A stretch of 64,000 nucleotides of DNA from Candidatus Hydrogenedentota bacterium (lineage in GTDB: Bacteria > Hydrogenedentota > Hydrogenedentia > Hydrogenedentales > SLHB01), in the NCBI GenBank assembly GCA_045863295.1, contig BTWA01000004.1, positions 96,001-160,000 of the forward strand, in the 5' to 3' direction. Under the pieces are notes generated by a model. The model was not told the origin of the DNA. It searched no databases and was given only the letters and a program-made list of their open reading frames with translations. Shown here piece after piece: positions 49,695 to 59,376 of this stretch; position 1 is the first letter of the stretch; each line of letters opens with the position of its first letter. The position numbers and the translations under genes were made by a program.

Positions 49695-49741
49695 CTCCCC
49701 CCCCCCTTCTAAACGACGCTGAGCGTTCACCAAACCGGAAG

Positions 49742-52700
49742 TCAGTACTGCGTCTCCACCCTCACCGTTAGGGGATGCGTTGCGTCGATAATTGCCTGCG
49801 TGCTCAAGGACACCGTTACCGTATCGCCGTCGCGTGTCGCGGCCGCTTTGATTCGACGGCGGCCGTACGTCGCCAAGACGTTCTTCACCATTGAGCCGCG
49901 TGCAAGGGTCAACGTCAACCGGTTCAGGCCGACATTGCCGTGGACCACGCGCACGTGGTTCGTTTGCACCCCGTGAGTACGCTCCTGCCCCACTGTTCCC
50001 CAACCACCGGCGCCCGTGAAGAAGCATCGAAATTGATCCGGCGATATCTTCGGGTTTACTTCGAGAGATGCGTCGACGGCGTTGTAGACCAGACCCGCCG
50101 CGGCGTTGAGAAGCGTTTGCGCGGACATTGCGCGCGCATAGTGGTAGCCGCATTCCAACTCGGCCCAGGGATTGCGCTGGTTCCCGGTATAGCGATCCCG
50201 CGCGCCACGCACAATTTGCAGTCCTTCCACAACGCGGCCTTCGTGGATTAGGCAGGCAGCCACGTGGTATTCCAACCCGGTCCACACTTCGTCGCAATAC
50301 AATACAGGGTGGCGCGGCCTGCCGCCTTCAGGCCATACGCACGTAAGCAAGCCCTTCTCATCGCCCTCGGCAAAGACGCGTTGAGTGTGCTTGTGATTGA
50401 CCAGGTTCGTCCGCCAACAATTGGCATGCACAGATTGAAGCGCGGTGCGTACACGTTCTTCGGGAAGCACATGGCCCAGCCCCAGAATGTTGGCCCACCA
50501 TTGTCCCAAAAGCTGATCGGCATGGCACCCGATTCCCCAGCAATTCCCTTGCTCGTACGTCTCAGGGGTGGCGCCGGGCGCATCGAACACGTTGATATAA
50601 TAGGAACCGTTCCAACAAGTCTGGTCGTACGCGCCACGCGCCTTCTCGAATCGCGCGCGACACAGGTCGGCCATGGACGAATCGTTCATCAACCGGGCCA
50701 TCTCCTCCATCGCACGCAACGCGGCAAGGTAAAGTGATCCGATGAACGTGTTGCTGCCGTAGGTATGAATATCGTAGGTGTTGGGTTGCTCGCCCCGGAT
50801 GATGCCTTCTTCCTGGGGGTCATGGGTCTTCATCAGGTACAAAAGATGGTCACGGGCACGGCCCCAGAGTTTCTCCAACCACGCTATGTCGCCGTGCATC
50901 CGCACTTCGCGGTACAGCTTCAGCAAAGTGCCCAACTGCCCGTCGAGCGCCGGATGATGCGGACCGCCAATTTCGAAGCCGAGGCGCGGTTCGCTCAACG
51001 GAAGCACCGTCCGGTGTGGAATGTAGTGCTCAGTGGGATGCATCTGCACGAGCAGATCGGTCTCGCGTACATTGCGCTCCAACTCCGGCCACAGAAACGC
51101 CGGCGTCATGACGTAGTTGTACACGTGGGTGCAGTTCATGGGACAGCATCGGTCCGCCCCTTCGAATCCGCCCACCGTCCCGTCTTCGGTCCAAACGTAA
51201 ATGGGCGATTGCACGGTGGATACATTGGCCGTGACCGCATCCAGAACGTATCGCGGCAGCGTGCTGTCGTGCATGGTCTGATGAAAAAGGCGCGTCTCGC
51301 GCGACAATCTCTCCACGTGCGATGCAACGTATTTCGCCACGTCATCCGCACTCTCAAACCAATGGTTGTATTGGTTTCCGAGCCGGGCATCCTTTTCAAA
51401 TTCGGGTTTGGCCCATCCGAAGCCGCGATCCTTCGTTCGGTTGGGAAAATGCCACGCGAGTACGAAAGTGATCTCTTTTGACTTGCCCGGGCGCAAAGCA
51501 AATGACGAAGCCAAAGCCCCGTACCAGGACCGGCCGGGCTCGCTCGGCCCGGCGGGCGAATCATCCAGGCCACCGCGTTCAACAAAGGACGCCCACAGGG
51601 CGGCAGGATCGTCCGATTGGGAGGTTGCGGCGGCATTCTTATCGCCAAGCACTGCAAGCGCCATGGATCCGTAGTGGGGGGCTGAATGATGAACCCCGGT
51701 GATCGGGTCGGCTGTGGAACCAATCGCGTTCGCAATCAATTGCCCGTAGTACGATTTGCGGCTAAAGGACTCAAGCCCTTCGGGCACTTCGCTCAGACAC
51801 AATACAATCCTTCCCCGGCCGCATGCGCCTGCATAAAGCACCGGGCTTTGACCAAGAACCGAACTGCCGGGCCGGAGGGAAATCCCACTGGTCTCCCAGC
51901 CGGGCGGGACGCCACCGTCCCGCTCGGCGAATTGGGCATCAGTCCAGGAAATGGGCATGGCCTGTCGCGCGCGGCCAATCAGCGCGGGGTCTACGTAGGG
52001 CGAGGCCGGCGAATGACTCACATAGATCTCGCCGGCCAGGATATGCCCCCACCCGCCTACGGCTTGGTCGAGTATTTCGATCTGCGCCTGCTTGCCCTTG
52101 TGGGTTGCGACATCCCAACGGACGGGGCGAAGCCGCTCTGTGTTGTCGCCCGTGGCCGAGGCCACGACCTGGCCGTCGATTCGAAGATTGACGCATGCGA
52201 GATTGGGTTGCCTTCCGCCGCCAACTTGGAGGTGAATGTAGTCACGGTCGATAACGAACAAGCGGGATGTCATGCGTCCGCGGGTGTCATCGCCGCCATG
52301 AAAGCTGTTTATGTAGTAGGTGCCGCGATATCCAGAGACTGTCTGTTGGCCCGGCAAGGTGCCTGAAGCCGGGCTGGCGCCAAAAGCGTCTCCCTCGACG
52401 GTCCACCCGTCATAACTCCCTTTTCCCCAATCTTCCAGCAAAAGCGGACTGTCCTCTGCCGCGCTTTCAGCGCGCATCAGTAGGCTGTTCGGACCGCAAC
52501 TGTAAATTAACGTGGCGCCGGCGTCCACGGCATCGAACATGCCTGCGAACTCGTCGCCCAGCACAGTTTCGCCGTCGTCTCGATACCAATACACCGCGTC
52601 GGCTGAAGCGGGCGGTGCGATGGGAACAGATTGTCCAAATCGCACATCGACATTCCCGGCATAGCGCAAATGAAAAGCCACATCGCGGTCATTGGTGTGG

Positions 52701-53503
52701 AGCTTGAACGGTACGCTGAATTGAAATGGAGTTCCGTCCAACACGCCCATGGACACCATGGCTCCGCCGTCAAACCGTTCAGCTGTATTTACGTTGTACC
52801 CCATTTCCGGGCCGAGCAATTCTTCCATTGCGGTGTAGCCTGTCCACCCTGCCAAGTTGGGCATCGCGGCCATCAACGAAACGTCAACCGGCTTTCGCCC
52901 TGTGTTTCGAATTCGGAATTGAAATAGTGCGCAGGGCAGCGCGGAATCCTTTGTATTCATGGGAATGCACGGGGAATAGGCGTCAAGTTCGACCGCGACG
53001 GGCAAAGCTCCGTCGAGGTAGCGCAAGCTGGCCAGCGGAAACTCGCCCGCAAATTCGACCGCGGTGACGCCAGGGCCGGGCGTATTCGCTCCCTGCTGGA
53101 GAACTCGAGCCACAGGATTGGAATCTTTTTGCTGCACGCGGATTCCAAAAAAGGACCCAGCGACGTTGGCATTCACATTGAAATTATTGACGATTTGCCA
53201 AGGATTCAGCGATCCGTCGCCTTTGAGGTAAACCTGTCCGGCGCCAATGCCGCCGAGTGGAAACGCAATGTGATCGAGTTCGACGCCACGAAACACTTTT
53301 CGATCGCCACGATCAAGGAGGGAGGCATTCCACGCAGCCAGTGCATCATTCGGTTCTGTGGATTCGGCCGCGGCACTCCCCAACAGAAGCGTGGCGCCGC
53401 CGGCGGTGGCTCCCGCCGCTTTCAGGAAGCTGCGTCGGGTGACCTCGGATTCATTGGGGCGGCAACACTTGCCCCCACAGCACTCGTACCCCGTTTCTGT
53501 CAT
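49742..53503 (-). CDS. Tat-exported GH116 family glycoside hydrolase with internal insertion
   Basis: TRRSFLK Tat motif, FPLGGIGAG, NCTHV, QPNTYD, EVWTG and NPWAELECG.HYARAMS motifs. Confidence 0.9.
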   Translation of the reverse strand: MTETGYECCGGKCCRPNESEVTRRSFLKAAGATAGGATLLLGSAAAESTEPNDALAAWNASLLDRGDRKVFRGVELDHIAFPLGGIGAGQVYLKGDGSLNPWQIVNNFNVNANVAGSFFGIRVQQKDSNPVARVLQQGANTPGPGVTAVEFAGEFPLASLRYLDGALPVAVELDAYSPCIPMNTKDSALPCALFQFRIRNTGRKPVDVSLMAAMPNLAGWTGYTAMEELLGPEMGYNVNTAERFDGGAMVSMGVLDGTPFQFSVPFKLHTNDRDVAFHLRYAGNVDVRFGQSVPIAPPASADAVYWYRDDGETVLGDEFAGMFDAVDAGATLIYSCGPNSLLMRAESAAEDSPLLLEDWGKGSYDGWTVEGDAFGASPASGTLPGQQTVSGYRGTYYINSFHGGDDTRGRMTSRLFVIDRDYIHLQVGGGRQPNLACVNLRIDGQVVASATGDNTERLRPVRWDVATHKGKQAQIEILDQAVGGWGHILAGEIYVSHSPASPYVDPALIGRARQAMPISWTDAQFAERDGGVPPGWETSGISLRPGSSVLGQSPVLYAGACGRGRIVLCLSEVPEGLESFSRKSYYGQLIANAIGSTADPITGVHHSAPHYGSMALAVLGDKNAAATSQSDDPAALWASFVERGGLDDSPAGPSEPGRSWYGALASSFALRPGKSKEITFVLAWHFPNRTKDRGFGWAKPEFEKDARLGNQYNHWFESADDVAKYVASHVERLSRETRLFHQTMHDSTLPRYVLDAVTANVSTVQSPIYVWTEDGTVGGFEGADRCCPMNCTHVYNYVMTPAFLWPELERNVRETDLLVQMHPTEHYIPHRTVLPLSEPRLGFEIGGPHHPALDGQLGTLLKLYREVRMHGDIAWLEKLWGRARDHLLYLMKTHDPQEEGIIRGEQPNTYDIHTYGSNTFIGSLYLAALRAMEEMARLMNDSSMADLCRARFEKARGAYDQTCWNGSYYINVFDAPGATPETYEQGNCWGIGCHADQLLGQWWANILGLGHVLPEERVRTALQSVHANCWRTNLVNHKHTQRVFAEGDEKGLLTCVWPEGGRPRHPVLYCDEVWTGLEYHVAACLIHEGRVVEGLQIVRGARDRYTGNQRNPWAELECGYHYARAMSAQTLLNAAAGLVYNAVDASLEVNPKISPDQFRCFFTGAGGWGTVGQERTHGVQTNHVRVVHGNVGLNRLTLTLARGSMVKNVLATYGRRRIKAAATRDGDTVTVSLSTQAIIDATHPLTVRVETQY

Positions 53504-53523
53504 CGGCTACCCCCTTGAGTCGC

Positions 53524-54330
53524 TTATCCTGTCACCGTCATCTCCGTCGGAAAGGGGTGCTGGCCCGGTTGACGCGCTCGTTTGCCGCACACCATGACCC
53601 CCGGCCTCCCCTTGCTCTGCCCGGCAATTTGGACGTTTTCCGGATCGCGGTACCCCACGCGAATCATGCGCCGCACTTTGTCGGTAGTGTTGATGTGGCT
53701 CCCGTGAATGCAAAAGATATTGAAGCATACGACGTCCCCGCGCTTGGCGGGCACAGGGGTGGTATCCTCCAGCTTGTACCGGTCAGTAGGAAGGTGAGGC
53801 GTGCACGCCTCGCCCTCGGGCGTCGTCACAATGTGTTGAAGCGCGCCCGCATTGTGCGATCCCCTCAGAAAGCGGATTTCGCCATTTGCATGGCATGTGT
53901 CGTCGAGATGAATAAGCGCGTCTACGTACCGGCCGTCCACGTGTGCGTAGAAAGCGTTGTCCTGATGCATGGGAAAAGGGTGCCCGGTCTCCGGCGGCTT
54001 CGCATGCAAGGTCATGTGGTGCAACTCGACATTGGGCCCGATGAGTTGCTCCATGATGTGCGCCATGCGGTGGCCAGTGGCCGCGCGCATCCAGGCATCG
54101 CTGTAGAAGTGAAGATCGTGCAATGACGTGAGCTTGCTCTTTTGCTCGGTCTCCGCATCCATGTATACCTTTCGCCAGGGTCCGGTCCATCCGGTTTCTG
54201 TAATGGCCCATTGCTCCATGAGAAAGTCCAAATGGCTCGTCAGTTCATCCACCTCGTCCTGGGAGAAGACGTCTGGAATATGCAGATATCCGTGGTCGCG
54301 ATAGAATTGGATTTGGTCAGTCGAAATCAT
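53524..54330 (-). CDS. Phytanoyl-CoA dioxygenase (PhyH) family Fe(II)/2OG oxygenase
   Basis: FYRDHGY, HQD, GSH, HGS and R..IRVGY motifs. Confidence 0.9.
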   Translation of the reverse strand: MISTDQIQFYRDHGYLHIPDVFSQDEVDELTSHLDFLMEQWAITETGWTGPWRKVYMDAETEQKSKLTSLHDLHFYSDAWMRAATGHRMAHIMEQLIGPNVELHHMTLHAKPPETGHPFPMHQDNAFYAHVDGRYVDALIHLDDTCHANGEIRFLRGSHNAGALQHIVTTPEGEACTPHLPTDRYKLEDTTPVPAKRGDVVCFNIFCIHGSHINTTDKVRRMIRVGYRDPENVQIAGQSKGRPGVMVCGKRARQPGQHPFPTEMTVTG

Positions 54331-54411
54331 TCGGGAAGCCTCACTCTGGCCGTTAGTTTGGAATCAGGTTTTCACAATTACGGGGGAAAAAGCAAAAGCG
54401 TTCCCGCGGGC

Positions 54412-54450
54412 GGAAGAAATGAAAGCGCCGCCAGACAAATCTGGCGGCGC
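54412..54450 (-). terminator. Flagellin terminator
   Basis: 11-bp stem 54425-54435/54440-54450 followed by TTTCATTTCTT on the minus strand. Confidence 0.8.
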
Positions 54451-54482
54451 CACTATTGGAAACCGGTACGGAGGCCGGCGTA

Positions 54483-55301
54483 TTACTGACCGAGCAACTG
54501 CAGGGCCGTCTGCGGGATAACGTTCGTCTGGGCCAAAACGGCGGTACCCGCGCTGACGAGAATCTGGTTGCGCGTGAAGTCGAGCGTCTCGCGCGAGATA
54601 TCGGCGTCGCGCAGCGCGCTGTCGGATGCCGACGAATTCTCTTCCTGAATCTGAAGATTCTGAATGGTGAACTCGAGGCGGTTTTGCGTCGCGCCGAAGA
54701 GGCTTCGGAGAAACGTGACACTTCGCAGCGCGCGGTCAATGGTGCTCAATGTGGACACCGCGCTCGCGACACTGGAGATGGTCACGGTATTGACGCCGAT
54801 GTCGTTTGTCTTGGCGCCATTCACCGTGACGACAAGCGTTTGGCCGGCTTGGGCGCCCGCTTGCAGTGTGACCGTTTGCGCGGCACTGAGCACGCGCAGG
54901 CCATTGAATTCCGTATCAAGCGCGATGTCGTCGATCTGCTGAAGCAGCTCCTGCACTTCGGCGTTCAGCGCGGCCCGGTTTTGATCGCTGTTCGTGCCGT
55001 TCGCGGATTGCACAGCGAGTTCGCGTATGCGCTGGAGAATATTCGTGCTGGTATCCAGCGCGCCTTCCGCCGTTTGAATCAGGCTGATGCCGTCCTGCGC
55101 ATTTCGTTGCGCGACCCGAGTACCGCGAATGACGGTGCGGAACGATTCGGAGATCGAAAGTCCCGCTGCATCGTCCGCGGCCCGATTGATACGCAAACCG
55201 CTGGCGAGTCGTTCCAGGCTTCGGTTGAGTTGTCCCGTGGATCGGGAGAGGATGCGGGCTGCATTGAGACCCGCCACGTTCGTATTTATTCGTAGGCCCA
55301 T
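54483..55301 (-). CDS. fliC: Flagellin (minimal, 272 aa)
   Basis: LRINTN, LASGLRINRAADDAAG, QTAEGAL, GATQNRLE and VLAQ.N motifs. Confidence 0.97.
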   Translation of the reverse strand: MGLRINTNVAGLNAARILSRSTGQLNRSLERLASGLRINRAADDAAGLSISESFRTVIRGTRVAQRNAQDGISLIQTAEGALDTSTNILQRIRELAVQSANGTNSDQNRAALNAEVQELLQQIDDIALDTEFNGLRVLSAAQTVTLQAGAQAGQTLVVTVNGAKTNDIGVNTVTISSVASAVSTLSTIDRALRSVTFLRSLFGATQNRLEFTIQNLQIQEENSSASDSALRDADISRETLDFTRNQILVSAGTAVLAQTNVIPQTALQLLGQ

Positions 55302-55332
55302 GGCTTCTTTCCTCCGTGATGCCGGTAACCTC

Positions 55333-55344
55333 TGCATCCATGCA
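55333..55344 (-). promoter_or_regulatory. CsrA-binding hairpin in the flagellin leader
   Basis: TGCATGGATGCA presents GGA in the loop; a second ACGGA overlaps the SD. Confidence 0.6.
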
Positions 55345-55381
55345 TCGGTTTTCAGTCCGCGTATGGCGGATTCGTGACGGT

Positions 55382-55409
55382 ATATCGGCAGGGCTGTGCA
55401 AAAGCTTTA
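55382..55409 (-). promoter_or_regulatory. sigma28 (FliA/SigD) promoter
   Basis: TAAA-N16-GCCGATAT. Confidence 0.85.
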
Positions 55410-55705
55410 ATCCACAATTCGCATCGCCGTCTTTGCATGCACAAGGCAAGACACATACTCAAGAACATCAAAGGCTAATGTCGATCGTGACCCGCTCTCC
55501 TCATCTTCAGTCAGTGAGTAAGGGAATGACTCGCGAACGCACTCGCGTGACAAATCCAGGTCGTGTGCAGGTTCATTGAGACCATTCATAGTGAGGTTCG
55601 ACCATGCAATTCACACCACGCTCAAGGTTTGCTATGAATTGGCCGATAACCCTGAAGGGAATCCGGTGTCAGGCCGGATCGAATATGCACGCCGTCGGCG
55701 ATCGA

Positions 55706-57211
55706 TCAGAACGGTGTGTCGTCTTCGTCGTCGAACACGTCTTCCGGATCGTATACAGGAGGCGTCTTGCCGCCATTGCCACCGGCCGCGGGCATGGAAC
55801 TAACGGGTGGCTTCATGCCGGGAGTGAATTCAACGGGATCCTGGAACTGTTGGATATTGCGATCGAAAAATAGATCGAGTCGTCCGGTGGGGCCGTTGCG
55901 TTGCTTGGCAATGGTCAAATGAACAAGCTTATCCTGATTGCCGATGGGATCGTCGTCCCCGGAGTCCCGCTTGTCCATGGGCGGACGCGACAACATCAAC
56001 ACCACGTCGGCATCTTGTTCGATGGCGCCGGATTCACGAAGGTGCGAGAGTTTCGGCGTGCCGCCGTCGTCTTTTTCCGCTTCGCGGCTGAGCTGCGACA
56101 AAGCTAGAACGGGCACGTTCAGTTCGCGCGCAATACCTTTAATGGAACGGGAGATTTCCGAAATTTCGAGCTGTCTGCTTTCGACACGCGAACCACTGCT
56201 CATGAGTTGCATGTAATCGATTACGATGAGATCAATGCCGTGTTGCGCGGCATGCCTCCGGGCTTTTGATCGCAGTTCGAGCACACTGATGTTGGGCGTT
56301 TCGTCAATGTAGATATTCGCCGTGCTCAATTTGTCCGCCGCTGGAATAAGTTTGTCGAACTCCTTGGTGGCCAGGAATCCGGATCGAAGACGCTTTGAAT
56401 CTATCTTGCCGATCATGCAGAGCAGTCTCTGGACCAGTTGCTCCTTGGCCATTTCAAGGCTGAAGATAAGAACCGATTTCTTTTCACGGATAGCAACATT
56501 GGCGGCGACGTTGAGCGCAAACGCGGTCTTGCCCACGGACGGCCGCGCAGCGAGAATAATCATGTCGCTGAACTGAAACCCCGACAGCATTTCATCGAGC
56601 TTGTGATAGCCCGTCGGCAATCCTGTGTACCCTTGGTGGGATTTGATTACTTTTTCGATACGGTCGATGCTGTCTGTCAATAAATCGGCAACGCGATAAA
56701 TTGGATTGAGCTGCCGCGCCTGTGCGATGGAAAAGATCTCCGATTCGGCGTTGTCGAGCAAGTTGTTGACTTCGTCAGACTTCTCGTACGCGCGCCCGGC
56801 GATCTGTGTGCAGGCGGAAATCAATTTGCGCAGGACCGCGGCGTCGAGCACCAGCTTTGCGTAGTACTCGATGTTGGCGGATGTGGGCACGGCGCTGGTG
56901 AGTTCCGCAATGTACGAAGTGCCTCCGCAATTCTCCAACATCGACGACTGATCCAATTGCGAGAGCAGCGTCACGACGTCGACGGGTACGTTTCGCCGGA
57001 AAAGGGCGATCATGGCCGTATAGATGTGTTGATGGGCCTCGACGTAAAACATGTCCTCGCCGGAATCGTGAAGGATCTCGATGGCGGTTCCAATGGCATC
57101 AGGGTTCAGAAGAATGGCGCCCAGAACGGAACGCTCCGCTTCGATGTTTTGCGGCGGCATTCGATCGAAGACGGGTTTGGGAGCAGGCGATTGTTTTTTG
57201 ATTCTTGCCAT
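55706..57211 (-). CDS. dnaB: Replicative DNA helicase
   Basis: PPQNIEAE, ARPSVGKT, IDYMQL, LRESGAIEQDAD and KQRNGP motifs; no intein. Confidence 0.97.
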   Translation of the reverse strand: MARIKKQSPAPKPVFDRMPPQNIEAERSVLGAILLNPDAIGTAIEILHDSGEDMFYVEAHQHIYTAMIALFRRNVPVDVVTLLSQLDQSSMLENCGGTSYIAELTSAVPTSANIEYYAKLVLDAAVLRKLISACTQIAGRAYEKSDEVNNLLDNAESEIFSIAQARQLNPIYRVADLLTDSIDRIEKVIKSHQGYTGLPTGYHKLDEMLSGFQFSDMIILAARPSVGKTAFALNVAANVAIREKKSVLIFSLEMAKEQLVQRLLCMIGKIDSKRLRSGFLATKEFDKLIPAADKLSTANIYIDETPNISVLELRSKARRHAAQHGIDLIVIDYMQLMSSGSRVESRQLEISEISRSIKGIARELNVPVLALSQLSREAEKDDGGTPKLSHLRESGAIEQDADVVLMLSRPPMDKRDSGDDDPIGNQDKLVHLTIAKQRNGPTGRLDLFFDRNIQQFQDPVEFTPGMKPPVSSMPAAGGNGGKTPPVYDPEDVFDDEDDTPF

Positions 57212-57307
57212 GGAAGAGACGTACCCCTTACAGGGCGGATCATACCATTTGACACGCGGCACGCGCACCCAATTTTTGACATGTCCGTACAGAATCGTTG
57301 CGCGGTG

Positions 57308-57351
57308 AAAAAATAAAAGGACGCCTCCGCTTCTGGATCAGCGGAGGCGTC
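57308..57351 (-). terminator. Terminator after rplI
   Basis: 12-bp stem 57320-57331/57340-57351 followed by CTTTTATTTTTT. Confidence 0.85.
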
Positions 57352-57400
57352 AAATGTTTATTGAACAGGTTTGTAGCGTGCGAACGCCGAAACAGGAACG

Positions 57401-57940
57401 TTACTCGGCGTCTTCGGCTTCGGCCTTTTCTTCGGCGGCGATTTCCGCGGCGATTGCTTCGGCTTCCGCTTTAGCGGCGGCTTCCGCTTCGAGGTCTATT
57501 TCGCGCTCGACAACAACGTTTACTTTGCCTGACACGCCATTGCCCAACTTCACCTGGATTGGATAGGTGCCCAAGCTCTTGATGGGCTCTTCAAGCAGAA
57601 TCGATCGCCGGTCGATATCCTGACCCATTGCCTTCAGCGCGTCCGCGATGTGGTGTGTCGTGACGGAACCGAAAAGCTTGTCGTTTTCACCCGCCTTCAT
57701 CTGAATAGTAACGGAAACGGCTTCGAGCTGTTTGGCGATGTCGGCGAGGTGGGCCTTGTGCTTCACCTCACGCTTCTTAATAATGCGCATTTCGTGCTCG
57801 ATCTGTTTCGCGGTTGCGGACTGCATCGGCACGGCCAGTTTGCGGGGAAACAGGAAGTTGCGCGCGTAGCCGTCGGCCACGTTCACCACATGTCCCATCT
57901 CTCCGAGATTCCGGACGTTTTGGCTTAGAATCACTTTCAC
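57401..57940 (-). CDS. rplI: 50S ribosomal protein L9
   Basis: MKVIL, GYARNFL and KLFGSVT motifs; Ala/Glu-rich tail. Confidence 0.97.
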   Translation of the reverse strand: MKVILSQNVRNLGEMGHVVNVADGYARNFLFPRKLAVPMQSATAKQIEHEMRIIKKREVKHKAHLADIAKQLEAVSVTIQMKAGENDKLFGSVTTHHIADALKAMGQDIDRRSILLEEPIKSLGTYPIQVKLGNGVSGKVNVVVEREIDLEAEAAAKAEAEAIAAEIAAEEKAEAEDAE

Positions 57941-58001
57941 GGTGCTACACCTCCATGCATTTTCTTACTCGGCAATCCGCGGGCCGGGACCCGAATCCGC
58001 C

Positions 58002-59018
58002 CTATGAATCATCTTCTTCGCGGGCCTTCCGCGAAGCGGCGAAAGCATCGCATTTCGTGCGGAAGTCGGCCCAAGTATCAAACAGGCCGAACGTCAGCAG
58101 AAACACGCGCATGTCCAGCAATACAATCAGTATCAGAACGGCTAGCACAACCGCGACAGGCGGTCTTAACACATGGCTGCCGTACACCATGATGCCGAGT
58201 CCGTTGAACCAATACACGGCCGCCAATCCGACAGCGGCGTTCCAAGCGACGAATCGGACGGCTTCATTGGGCGAATAATGATCCCAGAACCAGAGTCCCG
58301 CGACGCCGATCACCGCCCAAATGAGCCATTCGGTCGGCCGCATGGTCATAAACGAGCCGACCGGCCCGGGTTCGCCCAGCCATTTCCGCAGCCCTGCGGC
58401 GGTCAGGGTGACCGCCAGACAGGTAACCGCAAGTATGGCGAGGTAATTGGTGCCAAACGCAATGTTTGGCCAGTTTTCCTTCAACTGTGCAATAACGTCT
58501 CGTTGCGCGGAGGGCAGTGAAATACCCTGCTGCGTCGCTTGCTGGGCCAGAGTCTCTTCGAACGCTCCCAGAAAGCTCTCGGCCTGACTCGTCCATTCCT
58601 GCCAGAGTAGCATGTCATGAACCAGAGTGAGACCGAAGACAACCGCGGTGGTGGCATACACCACACGGCCGTATGTCCACCTCCGTACAATGCCCCAGCC
58701 AACAAGCAATCCGGCACTGCTGAACAGTGCCTGATAAAGGCCTGGCCAAATCGTTATGAGTACGATTTCGGATCCGGTCTCGGCCTCACCCGGCGAACCG
58801 GTTATCTGCAATAAAACCCACCGGCTTATCATGCCGGTCGAAGCGGCTATGCCTGACACGAGGGCCAGACCCACCGCCCGGTAAGGCATCCGGCGTACCA
58901 TGTACAAGGCCACCGGTACCGGGAAAACGGCCATGGCGGGCAGCTGGCTGCCCAGTACAAATGTGGCAACGGCGCTGAACGCAAAGAGCGCCGTCGCTAT
59001 GGCCGCGTATAGCATCAT
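58002..59018 (-). CDS. DUF2232 (YybS-like) membrane protein
   Basis: Multi-TM protein ending GLFDTWADFR; conserved position between rpsR and rplI. Confidence 0.85.
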   Translation of the reverse strand: MMLYAAIATALFAFSAVATFVLGSQLPAMAVFPVPVALYMVRRMPYRAVGLALVSGIAASTGMISRWVLLQITGSPGEAETGSEIVLITIWPGLYQALFSSAGLLVGWGIVRRWTYGRVVYATTAVVFGLTLVHDMLLWQEWTSQAESFLGAFEETLAQQATQQGISLPSAQRDVIAQLKENWPNIAFGTNYLAILAVTCLAVTLTAAGLRKWLGEPGPVGSFMTMRPTEWLIWAVIGVAGLWFWDHYSPNEAVRFVAWNAAVGLAAVYWFNGLGIMVYGSHVLRPPVAVVLAVLILIVLLDMRVFLLTFGLFDTWADFRTKCDAFAASRKAREEDDS

Positions 59019-59042
59019 GCCCCGTGCCGGGCGCGGCGCCGC

Positions 59043-59315
59043 TTAATCGGCGACGTATGGCAGTAAAGCGATTTGCCGCGCCAGTTTGATGGCGCGGGTC
59101 AGCATCCGCTGGTGCCGCGCCGTCGCGCCGGTAATCCGCCGCGGAATTATCTTGCCGCGCTCGGTGACGTAGTGCTTGAGCATGCCCACATCCTTGTAGT
59201 CGATGTAGACAACGCGGTCAACGGTCAACCGGCTCACTTTGGACTTGGAAAGCGCCTTCTTCTTCTTCTTCCGGGCTCGCGCTTTCGCTTTCAATTTCAT
59301 CGAAATCTTGGACAT
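59043..59315 (-). CDS. rpsR: 30S ribosomal protein S18 (Cys-free form)
   Basis: [17 protein letters not shown] and [13 protein letters not shown] motifs. Confidence 0.96.
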   Translation of the reverse strand: MSKISMKLKAKARARKKKKKALSKSKVSRLTVDRVVYIDYKDVGMLKHYVTERGKIIPRRITGATARHQRMLTRAIKLARQIALLPYVAD

Positions 59316-59376
59316 GCCAAATCGTTCCTCAATCCCTGGCTACGGGCTTACATCCATACCAACATCGAACCGTTAC

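Noticed and set aside
8132..57211. Inteins in V-ATPase A or DnaB
   Set aside because: Both proteins are of normal length with contiguous motifs
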